Of a stretch of DNA of 64,000 nucleotides, positions 14,035 through 25,599 are shown one piece after another. Numbering within the stretch: position 1 is the stretch's first letter; each line of letters starts with the position of its first letter. The notes below the pieces were generated by a model. The model saw only the letters and a program-made list of their open reading frames with translations. It was not told the DNA's origin and made no database searches. Source of the stretch: Spizellomyces punctatus DAOM BR117 (lineage: Eukaryota); the NCBI GenBank assembly GCA_000182565.2, contig KQ257454.1. One strand, 5' to 3'. A program made the translations under genes and the position numbers.

Positions 14035-15093
14035 ATGTGCACGAAAAACAGAATATACCTTGACCCAGCTCAATTGCTCGACGTGGTAGACATTGAAGAC
14101 GACATAGAATATGCGGTGCCTCCGTGGCCAGGAGATAGGAAGATGTTTTCTGGGGGTCAAGCCGAGATAGAATTGGTAGTCGACGGGCAGTCTAATGAGG
14201 CTACAAGAAGATCCTTGCACGCGGGGTTTGCAGGCGCCATTGTGGATCCTTATACATCCACAAACTACTGCCGAAGCGAGATGAACCTTTTTCAGGCTGT
14301 GTCGGGGATGAAACACATGCCTAAATATCTTGGATCGGCGCAAAAGAAGCGCAAGCTATATGTGTATTACGAGCCGTGGTATTCTCACACTCTGCGAGAC
14401 TGGATCAATCAACCAAAAAGCATTACGAACCCCTTCACACGGGAAGAACTACGAAAAACCGGCGCCCAGTTCATGGTATGCTTGGCATCCACTTTGCATA
14501 ACCTTCACGCTGTCAAACCACAAATAGAGCATCACGACATCAAACCAGAAAACATTTGCATTACCCCCAGTGGCGACATCATGTTTGTAGATTTCGGTGT
14601 CGGCCGCCTATGCACGCTCCAGGCTATACGGGAGAGTTATGTCGGCACGGAAACCTACATGGCACCAGAAACTTACGCAAAAGGTCCACACACCAAAAGG
14701 GCCGAAATGTTCTCCTTGGGGGCAGTTTTTGCGGAGATTTTAGTGATGATGGCGGGTTGCCAAGTTGAACACGGTTTACATGTCTTAATGCGGAAAAAGC
14801 CATATTGCATGGCGTTGAGAAAGGTTCAACGATGCATCGAAGACCTCAAGCGGCGACGTCCTGACATCAAGGAGCTTGCTGATATTGTCGTCCGGATGTT
14901 GTCTACAAACCCTTCGAATCGGCCAACCGCGTGGGAGGTTCACAAGGAGTTGCTGAAGCTGGGGATCTATAAATGTTGCAACGAACCCAAAGCAGATGAG
15001 TTGGAGTATGAGGACTCATACCCGATATCCAGCAGTCCTAAGTTGGAAGATTGTTTATTCAAACTACCGGGCTTGAGTGAAGGTGAGGGTTAA
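14035..15093 (+). CDS. Protein kinase-like protein (non-RD, possibly a pseudokinase)
   Basis: HHDIKPENI, DFG, GTETYMAPE, EMFSLGAV and NPSNRPTA are present. The Gly loop is degenerate (SGGQAEI) and there is no obvious VAIK lysine. Upstream exons cannot be excluded. Confidence 0.85.
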   Translation: MCTKNRIYLDPAQLLDVVDIEDDIEYAVPPWPGDRKMFSGGQAEIELVVDGQSNEATRRSLHAGFAGAIVDPYTSTNYCRSEMNLFQAVSGMKHMPKYLGSAQKKRKLYVYYEPWYSHTLRDWINQPKSITNPFTREELRKTGAQFMVCLASTLHNLHAVKPQIEHHDIKPENICITPSGDIMFVDFGVGRLCTLQAIRESYVGTETYMAPETYAKGPHTKRAEMFSLGAVFAEILVMMAGCQVEHGLHVLMRKKPYCMALRKVQRCIEDLKRRRPDIKELADIVVRMLSTNPSNRPTAWEVHKELLKLGIYKCCNEPKADELEYEDSYPISSSPKLEDCLFKLPGLSEGEG

Positions 15094-15764
15094 TGGTGTA
15101 TTCAATATTTTATTGTATCCCATTGCGGATCAGTGATAAGCGATCTGATCTCTGTGACCAAGCGTTCAATGGGATCAGCAAGTGAAGCAACCGCTATAGC
15201 AAACGGTGATCGTATGTCCTTAATGACCGCCGGGGGTGTTTGCAGCATTGCCTCGACTGGAACGGGTTCTGGAATCGTTTCTGGTCATTTTGCCCAGCAA
15301 TATTAAATGTTGCCCTTTGCAACACAAAACAAAACAGATGGGCTGAATGTGGCCCTCAACATATGTTGATTAAAAACAGCAGTTGAACTTGAAGTCCCAA
15401 TGCGTATTTTTAGTATTTGTGCAGGCGGCGCGTATGGAGCTGTCATTCATATTAGGCTGCTTCCGGTTAGACCCTTCTTGGTCGCTTGACCGTACACTTA
15501 TGCTCTGCATCGTCCACGCGAATCAAATGATATATAGCTTCCGATTCTGCAATTTTGCCCATTTTACTTTTCCCTAGCAGCAAGACATCACTGGGTCCGG
15601 CGCCTTAACGTCGCGATCTGTCAACATTGTGGAGCACTTGTTATTTACCAAGGCAATGTGCCCCAGGAGAATGAGGGTCATGTAATTCTGCTCGCGTTTA
15701 AAGGGCAACCCCAGCATTTCGGGAGTGAAGTCCAGGTTGTTGGTTTCTCGACTCGCACTCTACA

Positions 15765-17044
15765 ATGTCCTGCGAACCACTAGATCTCTTTCATATTGCT
15801 CCCACCTCAATCGTCAATGATTGGTACATCACCAACGAATGTGGCAATTCCTACGCTCGTGTCGCCCTATACAGTGTGAATCTAATCATATTCGGCGGGT
15901 CAACAGTAGTCGCCATTGCTCTGATCCCGTTCAATTTACGAGAAAATAGGAATTGGTTTAGGACAGATATCGCACGGGTGTTGCTGACCAGCCTTGCCAT
16001 CTCCATAGGTGAGTCGGTTCTACGATGAGTTACTGCTCTTGAGAAAACTCACCGGTCACTATCATGAAGCGTACACCCTTACGTACCTGGCTGTGCTACT
16101 TCAGCTTCCAGCTAGCATTAGTATAATATGCTGGTGAGGACAAGCTACGCTACTTTGAGTATTAGGGTTAGGGTTATAAGTATTCACATAAATTGATCCG
16201 TGTAGGTGGCTTGCCTTCAACATCGGAAATGCTTTTCAATTGTCCATTGCATATGTTTGGATCGTACCGATTCGGTCCTGCAAGTACTTCGACTCGGAGG
16301 ACCAAAACTTTGTCAACCGTTTTCTTTTAAGCCTCCAATACGTACGATTTCTCATTTTCGCCAGCTCCATCGTCTTCAACATTATCGTCGTTTCCTTTCA
16401 TGTATCTTACTACAATGCTGGCAATGCAAGAATGGTTTTCGTAACCCATACCATTTTCAATGCTGGAGCTCTGGGAGTTGTCATAGCCTTTGCCTCATTA
16501 TTTGTTTTTTCGTGCAAACGCCTACGAACGGTGCTACAGAAAAACTTGGACGATACGCAATATTTAGGTGGAGGATCGTTGCCGCAGCATAAGCTCCATT
16601 TGCAAAACCTGATTATCTTGGTAGGACATGTGTTCCGACGACTGCTCTGACTGAAACCGAGTCTGTTCTCATCACCTTGGTGTGTCTCGTAGCTAACGAA
16701 GAGCATCAAAATAACAATTACATCCGCTGCATTAGTGGCAATCACTCAGCTGATCATTTTGGTGTGGGCGATCGTTGCTCGCTCTCCCGGCGGGATGAAT
16801 GGCGTTGTGTACGTATATGCGATTCGATCAATGGCTGTCGCAGGGTCTATTGTGCCAGGTGAAAGGTGGCTTCATACTGTCTGTCGCTGCATGCTATCTG
16901 ATAATCTGTCCAGGCATTTATTTATATGGATACGAAAAAGTCATCGAGGCCCGTAAAACTCGGGAACTTGACCAGCAGAGTTCGGGGCAAATTGCAGCAT
17001 TACCTGACCTACGTACCCTACCAGGAAGATCTGAGGCAAAATAG
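15765..17044 (+). CDS. Orphan seven-transmembrane (GPCR-like) protein; 5 exons (15765-16008, 16070-16133, 16206-16620, 16702-16858, 16915-17044)
   Basis: Four GT-AG introns join the fragments into one frame with seven hydrophobic stretches. TM7 ends in IVPGIYLY, followed by a charged tail. Confidence 0.7.
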
Positions 17045-19886
17045 CAAGCAGTAATCACTCGAGATCCGAGATAATTACTGACGAAGATGTATCATAATCT
17101 CTAGAATTACTATTTCAACTGGTCTATTTCAGTTCACTCAAATAGTTATTTCCTGTATATTCCGCTCAGGGTGCTCCAAGATGTATCTAGTACTCGACGG
17201 AACATGTCCATCAATGCGCCCCGTGAAAAACTGGGCAGGAAACGAGATAGATGGATAATGACAGGGGTCATACTTTGGAAGGTCCACTGTGGAAGGGTGT
17301 TTACTGGATTTCGTACTGCGCGCACCAGGTAGTGGTGAGCAGAGGTGGTGCAGTTTCTAAAATTGATACATTATTTTTGTAAGCAGCTTTGTGAGGTGCA
17401 CCAAAAATATTAATTACAACCTTGCAAATGTGCACGGGAAGCTAAGTGGGCGAGTGTTTACGGCCTTATAAGTGCGGACTTTTGTCCGGGTGAGAGCTAA
17501 AAACATTTCGTGTGCAGCGTCGGTTGCCAGGGACAAAGGTGCATTAGGACTCAACTCTCTTGTCTCATGAATCGTGCCAGTTTGACACACCTTTCATCTC
17601 ATTTCATCGGTCTATAGCATAGATGATATCAATTTATTACGGCGGAAAGATAGCCTGGCCAATCCTACTTGCAGAACGCTGTCCAAGAGGCAAGGCGCCC
17701 GAAATCTTCGGCACTTTCGCGCAATTGATCTGCTTCCTGAGCTGAAAAGGTCACGTTCTCCACCCAGGAAAGAGAGAGCTTTCGCAGGCTCAAGTGAGCC
17801 GTATGACAGAAATGTTTTCCCTGCCTAATTGAAATTTGGTGCAAGAAGTCGCAAAAAAAATGCAGATGGGACATCACTTTTGGCTTTTGACATCACAAGT
17901 TGACAGTTAGCTTGGTGGGTTCAGCTGTTGGCGAATATGAATGGGTGCCTGGCAAAACAACGTAGCCGTAGCGGATTCTATGAATCATATTCAATCGTCC
18001 CTCTCCAACTTGCTACCGGTAAAGATCCTTTGCCACTGCTTTCGGCTGCCATGTCCTGAGTTGCACCAGTAGTTTTGGCTTGGCTGCTGCCCTCTGATCG
18101 CGTTATACAAGTACATAGTGTGGAGGTGATTGAAAATGGCACTAGGACCCATTATTATCCGGATAATCCGGTTAGTCATATCGCATAATCAGAACCCCCT
18201 CTATCGCTCAGATTGGTGTGGCATGCATGTAATGTTTTTTTTTTTTAAACTGCGGTGAGGCGCATGCCGAAGGTCTATAAAAGGGGACCTGCTCCCTCTT
18301 CCCTCTTTCCTCTTTACCCATCCTCGACTCGAAAGCATCTGCGCAACCCTCATCGCGACTCTCAAGTCCAACCATGAGAATGCAGATGTGGTGGTGCCGA
18401 GGACCTCGCCCACCTGATTACAACCAACTGGAACCAGCGCAGCCTCGGAACCAACAAAGCTGTTATTATGCTGCCACATATGTTGAGCTTGGTTGGTATG
18501 TACTGATGGCATCTCTTGTCATTCTGTCATTCATCTCGCTGACATGCATTTTTTTGTAGTCTCCAAGCCTTGTCACTGAACATCCTCTGGCTTGTGACGC
18601 TGCCCAGTCGATTCGCTCCTGGATGCAAGAGTCTGGCTTCAATGCCATCAAGAGTTCCAGATCAAGGCCTAGTAGGGACCGTGTGTGGTGGTGGGCAATT
18701 ATCCGGTTAGAACCAACCGTTACGTATTGCGTGTATAATTGCCTAGTAGTAGCTTAGCTTTTCCGAGCCGGTTGTCGCCGGTTTATTCCCTGGTGTAGTA
18801 GCTAGTGCCAGTTTCTGTCACCTCTACACTATAGTATTAATTGATGTTAGGGATACGATTTTATTGACAGCAATGGACGGAACGCCATGCCAGGTGTCCC
18901 AGCTGCAAATTTTTGTATCTCGCTGCCAAGAATTCTAGCAGAGAGGTGGCAAAACACGTAGTGTGGCTCCTTCTTAAAGGTAAAATGGTTCGTAATTACT
19001 TGTTTCTTTGTTTTATTTAGTGATGACAGAGTGAGCAAAAGCTTACGAGGTGTGTAGCTTTGTGTAGAAATTTCGCATGACAATAGAGCAAGAGTTCGTA
19101 TGTCAAAATTCATTCCATACTTTGCGGTGTTTGTTCTACGATTGGATGGCCGTCTTCTGGACGTGCATTGTAATGGCCTCCCATTTTTGTCAATATAATG
19201 GGAATTTCCAGATACTGTGTTTGGAGCAGCCTTTTGTCAATATAATGGGAGTTTTGTCTATGTTCGCAAATATGTTGCTGGATCACCTCCATTTGAACAT
19301 TATCCCTTGTCCGCAATCTCTTGTTCACTAAAGAGGGAAGCGCTTGTTGCACACTGATAAATCTTCCAATCCCAAGACAATGCCTTGATAATGCTACGCA
19401 GAAGGTGGATGCACAGGTAATTAGATGAACATGTTGGAAACAGTTTTAAGGAAATCTCATTGCATGAATATATTGTGCATTTCTATTGTGAAATTTGAAA
19501 GACTGTTGAAAATTGCGGAGCTCGTTGAGGTTCGACGTATGGAGCTTTACATGTAAACCTGGTAATACTGTCTGTCTTATGCGCGTGAGGACCTGTCACG
19601 GACCAACTAATTCAACCCAAAAAAACACTGTGACGAATACAATACGCCAATTTGTATTCAATACGCCAACTAGACCTAGCTACAAAGCAACTTACACCAA
19701 CCATGCGAAAGGCCCCTCTGCATCACTCGCTGAGAACAGCGAGCCGTGAGGCTTGGGACTCACAGAGCTGCATTAGCCCTTCGCTCGCGCCCACCATCTC
19801 AGGGCCAGACATGTCACACATGTCTGGGATCAAGTTCGATCCCATTTTGAGATGGCAGAGTGTGCTTCGGTCCGAGTTAGCGCCAC

Positions 19887-20127
19887 TATAAAAATATTAG
19901 AGAAATATCGACGATAGGAGACAGTTGAATGGCGTCTATAGTCACCTTGAAAACGAAACGAGGAACAAAAGGGCTTGTATCGTAGATGTGTTGGGGTTGT
20001 GGCGACCTTGACCATATTTCAGATGGTAGATGGTGGAAATGCTACCATAAAAATATTAGAGAAATATTGACGATAGGAGAGACAGTTGAATGGCGTTTAT
20101 AGTCACCTTGAAAACGAAATCAGGAAC
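19887..20127. repeat. ~80-bp direct repeat, 2 copies about 160 bp apart
   Basis: ATAAAAATATTAGAGAAATAT(C/T)GACGATAGGAGA...GTCACCTTGAAAACGAAA at about 19888 and 20047. Confidence 0.9.
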
Positions 20128-20189
20128 CATATTTGTTGATGTTGAGTTTGAAGTCCAGAGATGCGCAAGTTGACGACTGCGGCATGATT

Positions 20190-20338
20190 ATCCTCCATCG
20201 CTGGATATAAACCTTGCGGCCCCTAACACGCCATAAGAATTCCATCGACCGACCCCGTCAAGATCCTCCGTCGCTGGATATAAACCTTGCGGCCCCTAAC
20301 ACGCCATAAGAATTCCATCGACCGACCCCGTCAAGATC
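20190..20338. repeat. 73-bp tandem duplication, near perfect
   Basis: ATCCTCC(A/G)TCGCTGGATATAAACCTTGCGGCCCCTAAC...CCCCGTCAAG occurs twice. Confidence 0.95.
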
Positions 20339-20550
20339 GCTGCACAACAACCCTTTACGCACAGATAGCAAGAGAGTTCGGATAAGGTCCCCCTCCCAAG
20401 ATCTTCCGACACCCGTCCTTCACATCGCTCCCTCTCGTAAAAACTCAAGGGAGGAGAGGAGAGAGGAACAAGTACATCCGACACCAAGGGACGCGAGGCT
20501 TACCAAAAGTCTCGATGCTTACTGAGGAGGTGCCAGGTACGAAGATTCAC

Positions 20551-20685
20551 GACACCAAGACAGTGAAGGCTCAGGAAAGCTACACCGCGGTCGGCATCAA
20601 CAGCGACGTCAGACACCAAGACAGTGAAGGCTCAGGAAAGCTACACCGCGGTCGGCATCAACAGCGACGTCAGACACCAAGACAG
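20551..20685. repeat. 61-bp perfect tandem duplication plus a partial third copy
   Basis: GACACCAAGACAGTGAAGGCTCAGGAAAGCTACACCGCGGTCGGCATCAACAGCGACGTCA at 20551 and 20612, partial at 20673. Confidence 0.95.
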
Positions 20686-21271
20686 GAGAGTACGCTAAAG
20701 ATGAAAGGTCAACCAAACTAAACCGTTAACGGGACAGGTATATATGGAGCGCAGCACGACGTACTTTCTGAGCGACTGCTCGACGTGGAAAGAGACTTGG
20801 GTAAGAGCAGGGTTGAGTTCGTTGCGGTTGAGGTAGAGGTAGGTTGAGCGCAGGCCAGTCGGTGAGATGAGATGAGGGGGAAGAAACGCGTCTTGGAGGG
20901 AGATGGAACCCCTTTTATAACCCTGTCGTTGCCTGGATACGGGTGTCTGCTAACGCGTTTATCGATGAATTGGCTGTACTTACAATTGCTGTACTAGGGG
21001 AATGCGTGCGCACAACGCACTTGACAAAAGACCCAGAAAAATACAGACGATGCAGCTAATGGTTATTTTATCCACAAAAGAGCGCAACCATTAGGGTAGG
21101 GTGAGGCAATCAATTATATTGCACGACGCAAGCCGCTATATACACTTTGAGGCACATTGAGCTACACTACTTCATAGAGACGACAAGGTCATTAAATGGA
21201 GGAAAATGCTAGACTCGAGACTAAACGGGCCCGCCCGGCGCCCGAAAAAGCAGTGGGGTAAAGTTCCTCCT

Positions 21272-23853
21272 TTACGGGTTGATAATTTCCTGTGGAGTTT
21301 GACCGTACTCCGTGGTATCCGTACAATACCAGTCATTGTCGTAGCCAGCATTGAGGTCTGGGTTACCCTTCCAAATCGGGAATGCAACAGACGCAGAGAA
21401 GAAGGCAATAATGATAAGAGCGACAGTCATACCAACGTCCGCCGCTGCGCCGAAAACGTAGTTGTACTTTGCCCACCAGTCATACTTGCGCCGGTACAGA
21501 TAGAATTGGAATGTAAAGGAGACAATGAAGGTCGTCCACACGAAGTTGGAAGGCAGACCGGCTCCCCAACTTCCGTAGGAGGCAGAGAAGATGGGGAAGT
21601 TCATGAAAATCCACCAGCGGGATGGGTAATACTTGTTACCGAGCCACGGCAGAACGGGGCAGATGGCGCCAGCTAGGAAAGCCCAGTAGATGCCAGAGTA
21701 AGCGCCGCTGAAGAAGTCCTTGGGACCGATGACACCCCAAATGGCTCCCGCATTGAAGAAAAGCTTGTAACTTTGCGCAGCCCAATCACCCTTTCCAAGG
21801 CGGTCGCTTCCGTCCGGACCCCAGTTGTCGATAATCCACAAACTCATCAACGTGGCGAAGACGCCCTGCAGTAAAGTGCCGTACAGCTGAGTGAACAGCA
21901 TGTGCCATGGTGGGATGTGAAGGTAGTGACCCAGCTTCAAGTCGCTCGTCAGTTGCATAGCTTGGATCATGATGTTGTAGCCGAATGATTTGAAGCACAT
22001 CACAGTGATGGTGTGGCCCGGGAGAATAAGACCGATGATGAACTCGGTGACAACGTTCAATCCGATCTGGATGCCAGTTACCGATTGCACGATTCCGATA
22101 GGGACAATGAAGATCATGGTGATAAAGGTGGCCAGGATCACGGACCACCAAGGCATGTCAAACACAGTGAACTGTCCGACACAGAGCATACCGACAAAGA
22201 ACAGGACCGCAATGCCGACGTACACCAACTCCGGGACCTCAGGGTATGAGCGCATAAGACGGTTATGGAGATCGTTGCCCTCGCGGCCTTCGCTTTTGAT
22301 CATTTGGCGAAGTTGGCGCTTTATTTGAGGACCGTACCACAGCCAAATATGGACCAGAACAGCGCTGAGGTTGAAGAAGCTCATCACGTAGCCCATGTAA
22401 AAGTACGGTGTAATACGGAATGGACCATGAGCTTCGACAAAGGTCTGGTTGGTCGTGAAATCGGGGTTGTAAAGTTTCGACTTTGGAATAAGCTGGCCGT
22501 CCTTGTCAAACATTCCAGAGCTGTTGATGGCTTCGAATTCCCCGGGTAAGGCGCCAAAAGGAACAACATTTTGTCGTGATCCGGTGAGGATACCGGAGAA
22601 GTGCACCGCAGGAGTGACAATCCAGTTCCAGAATACTTGTGACAAAACCATTGTAGCAGCGACCCAGAAAGGAGTAGTCAACCAGGTACTGGTGATGTAT
22701 TCCCAGTCAAAGGTGAAAGTCAAGAAACCCAATCCTCGGTTGGCCGATCCCAACTGCTTTACCAACATATTCTTGCTGAAGAAGCAGAGTAAACTAACCG
22801 ATTGTAGGGCGGTGAACATGTAGAGCGGGAGCCACTGGTAGGCAAAGACGCAGGCAGCGACTATCCAGAAGAAGGTGTAACGGGACAGCTTGTACTTTGA
22901 GGCGGCGCTGGTGTTTTTGAGGAGCTCGTCATCTTTCTTGTGGTAACTGGCGAACAGAGCGAGCTGGGCAAAATTTCCGGGCCATATCATCTCTCGTGGC
23001 CACACGATAAAACGACGGAGCAGACCAGCGAACCCGAAACCCATCATCTGCGTGCAGACTACCCAGGCGAATGCGTCGATGTATTTAACCGGCTGCCTCG
23101 CGATCCATTTTTGAGAGACGACGTTGTCCATTCCATACGGGATACCGCTTGTACCACCGCCGGCGGCACTGGCAATCATGGTGATGATGACGTGCTCCTT
23201 CATGTTGAAGGGACCAGGGTTAAAAGTGAAATCGTAACGGCCAAACAGCTTGTATTTGGTGGTGGGGAGCGTGCGAGCCAGGAATAAACCCATGGGGTAG
23301 GACAAGAGCTGCATAGGTACGACAAAACACACATGAGGTAAGGATATGGAGAAACAAAAGGATGGGGAACTGGGACATTAGATGACCTAGGTCCTTACCG
23401 TGGCAATGGTGGGAGGAATGATAACGGCTACTGGCCGGAAAGCCATGATGTTGTTGGCGATACAGAGCAACAGACCAAAGAATGTGCCAAGCAGCACAGC
23501 GCGGAAACTATACAAGAAAGCGTAGAAGGCTTGAGTACCAAAGACAACCGAAATCCCTGACGGCAACAGCCATGTAAAAATGTGAGTACTTACGAGGTAA
23601 CAGGGTCTTCTGGGTTGTCTGTTTGCGGTACCACAGAGTTGATGGCTTTGGCGATGGCATCATCCGGATCCTCTTCATCGAACTCGATGTTGCCACTTTC
23701 AATCCCGCCCTTCTCGTTAGGAACGTAGGTGGGATCGTGCTTACTAGGATCATCTCGTGGCTTGGTGACAGGTTCGTCGGCGACTTTACTTTCGGTAGTA
23801 ACTTGAACGTTCTCGCCGGAACGCCGGTGAGTAAGACCCGCGTCGTCGGCCAT
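21272..23853 (-). CDS. Oligopeptide transporter, OPT family; 3 exons (23853-23594, 23507-23399, 23308-21272)
   Basis: NPGPFNMKEHVII, GFGFAGLLRRF, YPEVP, GLNVVTEFIIG and DLKLGHYLHIPP motifs, many TM segments, and in-frame GT-AG introns. Confidence 0.95.
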
Positions 23854-25244
23854 AGGGGAAACAACTTTTGGCGGTCGTTAGAAAAGTTGGGCGGGGGCGG
23901 AAATGAGGCTAGATAGTCACTAACGACAAGAGGGGAGGACCTCTAACGGATGCCCTTTATAATACCGGCAGGCAACCCCCCCAGAGAGATGGGAATTGTA
24001 ACACGCTCATTTTTTCCTCCTCCGCCCATTGTGACCTTTCCTATCACCCAATCTCTGTTGTTTTGTGATTGCCTATCCATTTGACGCTATGTGTGTAATC
24101 GCGGACAGAGAAAACGTCGCCAACAGATCACTTGAGCGCAAGAACAACAGGAAAAACCAAACAAATTGGGCAGTTTATTCCCGACTATCCACCCGCGATT
24201 TCTATTTTGCGCTCAAAGTTCTGCGAAACCAAAGTAAATTTCTACAAGGAAGGAAAGAACACTTTCAAGAGATAACACCCCTCCTTTCTGATTCCAAGAA
24301 CACGGAATAAATCTAGTTCCAAAATTCACCCGTATCACATGGAGATAGAATTTTATATCATTTGTGTTGATACACATTACCATATATGGATATAGAGGCT
24401 CTGTGCACAGCATGAGAGCAGCGATCATGGAAGAACAAGTCATACCATGTTCTCAAAAAGGAAAAGAAACGTCAGAAAACCCCCCCATTTTTCGATAATT
24501 CCAAGTTCCGATGCCGATCAAGTACGTTTTCGAATTTTGGAAAATACCGGTAAGTTCCGCGCGGACGACAGAATCGGCAAGCGGTTTCCCCCCTTAAGAC
24601 AACAGGACAACCGCATGACGGTACCGTGCGATCAGAGCGCTCTTCATTTCATGCATCGGGTTTAAGCACCATTTTCTACTAGTGCCGTTCTTTGTAGAAT
24701 GTAATTAGGTGATCCACGCGGTGGTCCCCGGGTCGCAATGAGAGGCGTTCTGCTACCGGCTTCTCTTGCTGCACCTTATTGTACTGGTTTTATAGCCGCA
24801 CTGTTACTAGTGACAGTCAGTTGGTCGAATGCAAGTGAAACCTATGAAACGCAATAACTGTGAAGCTCTAGTAAAGTTGCCATCGGCACAGTCTTCTAGA
24901 GCTACCATTTACCAGAAATTCGCTTAATTGTCCACTCGTCCGGATACTATGCACTAGTAATTAAGCAGCGTCACGCGGACTGCATTATATTTGTGACATG
25001 ATCAAGGTACGACCCTCCCTGTTGCCTTGTTGTACCGACCTCAGCTGTACTGTCATGCTGGAAGGTTGATGACTTTGCATGCTCTGGGCTGTTGTCCACA
25101 GCCTCTGTGTAAAAAATTAAATGTATAATATCCATATCCTTTAAATGCTCTCACTGTATTTCTTAATTATCCTCTCTGTATCTACCGCAGTGTATCGGCA
25201 ATGACAAATGTCACAACACAATACTGTTACAGCATGTGCAGATA

Positions 25245-25341
25245 AAGATCGAGCATCACGTGAATCATGTGGTGCTGGACGCGGGTATTAGCATAGACTA
25301 GAATGCTAGACCACCACATGATTCACGTGATGCTCGATCTT
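25245..25341. repeat. Perfect 30-bp inverted repeat with a 37-nt spacer
   Basis: AAGATCGAGCATCACGTGAATCATGTGGTG (25245-25274) is the exact reverse complement of 25312-25341. Confidence 0.95.
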
Positions 25342-25599
25342 CCACTCCACCACCGTTGCTCAATGGGCACCCAAGAAGTAGGTTGCAATGGATTCATTCA
25401 ATTAAATGCGCACAGTCACTGCCAACATCCTTTTGGTGGCACAGGTGGCACGGGCCGGCACAGCCGCGTGCCAAGGATTACGTTTCGGAAGTCAATGCTT
25501 GTAGGGAGCAGTCCAAGCAATGATCAGCATTGGTTTCTCTTTTCTACTGTCATTTTTGAACACCGAAAGTGCACTCAACTCGTTTATTGAACTCTGCAA

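Noticed and set aside
16162-16176. TTAGGGTTAGGGTTA telomere-like tract
   Set aside because: Only 2.5 units inside an intron, too short to call an interstitial telomere.
17796-17815. GAGCCGTATG-ACA-GAAA-TGT resembling the 5' half of group II intron domain V
   Set aside because: The complementary 3' half (CACGTACGGTTC-like) and domain VI are missing.
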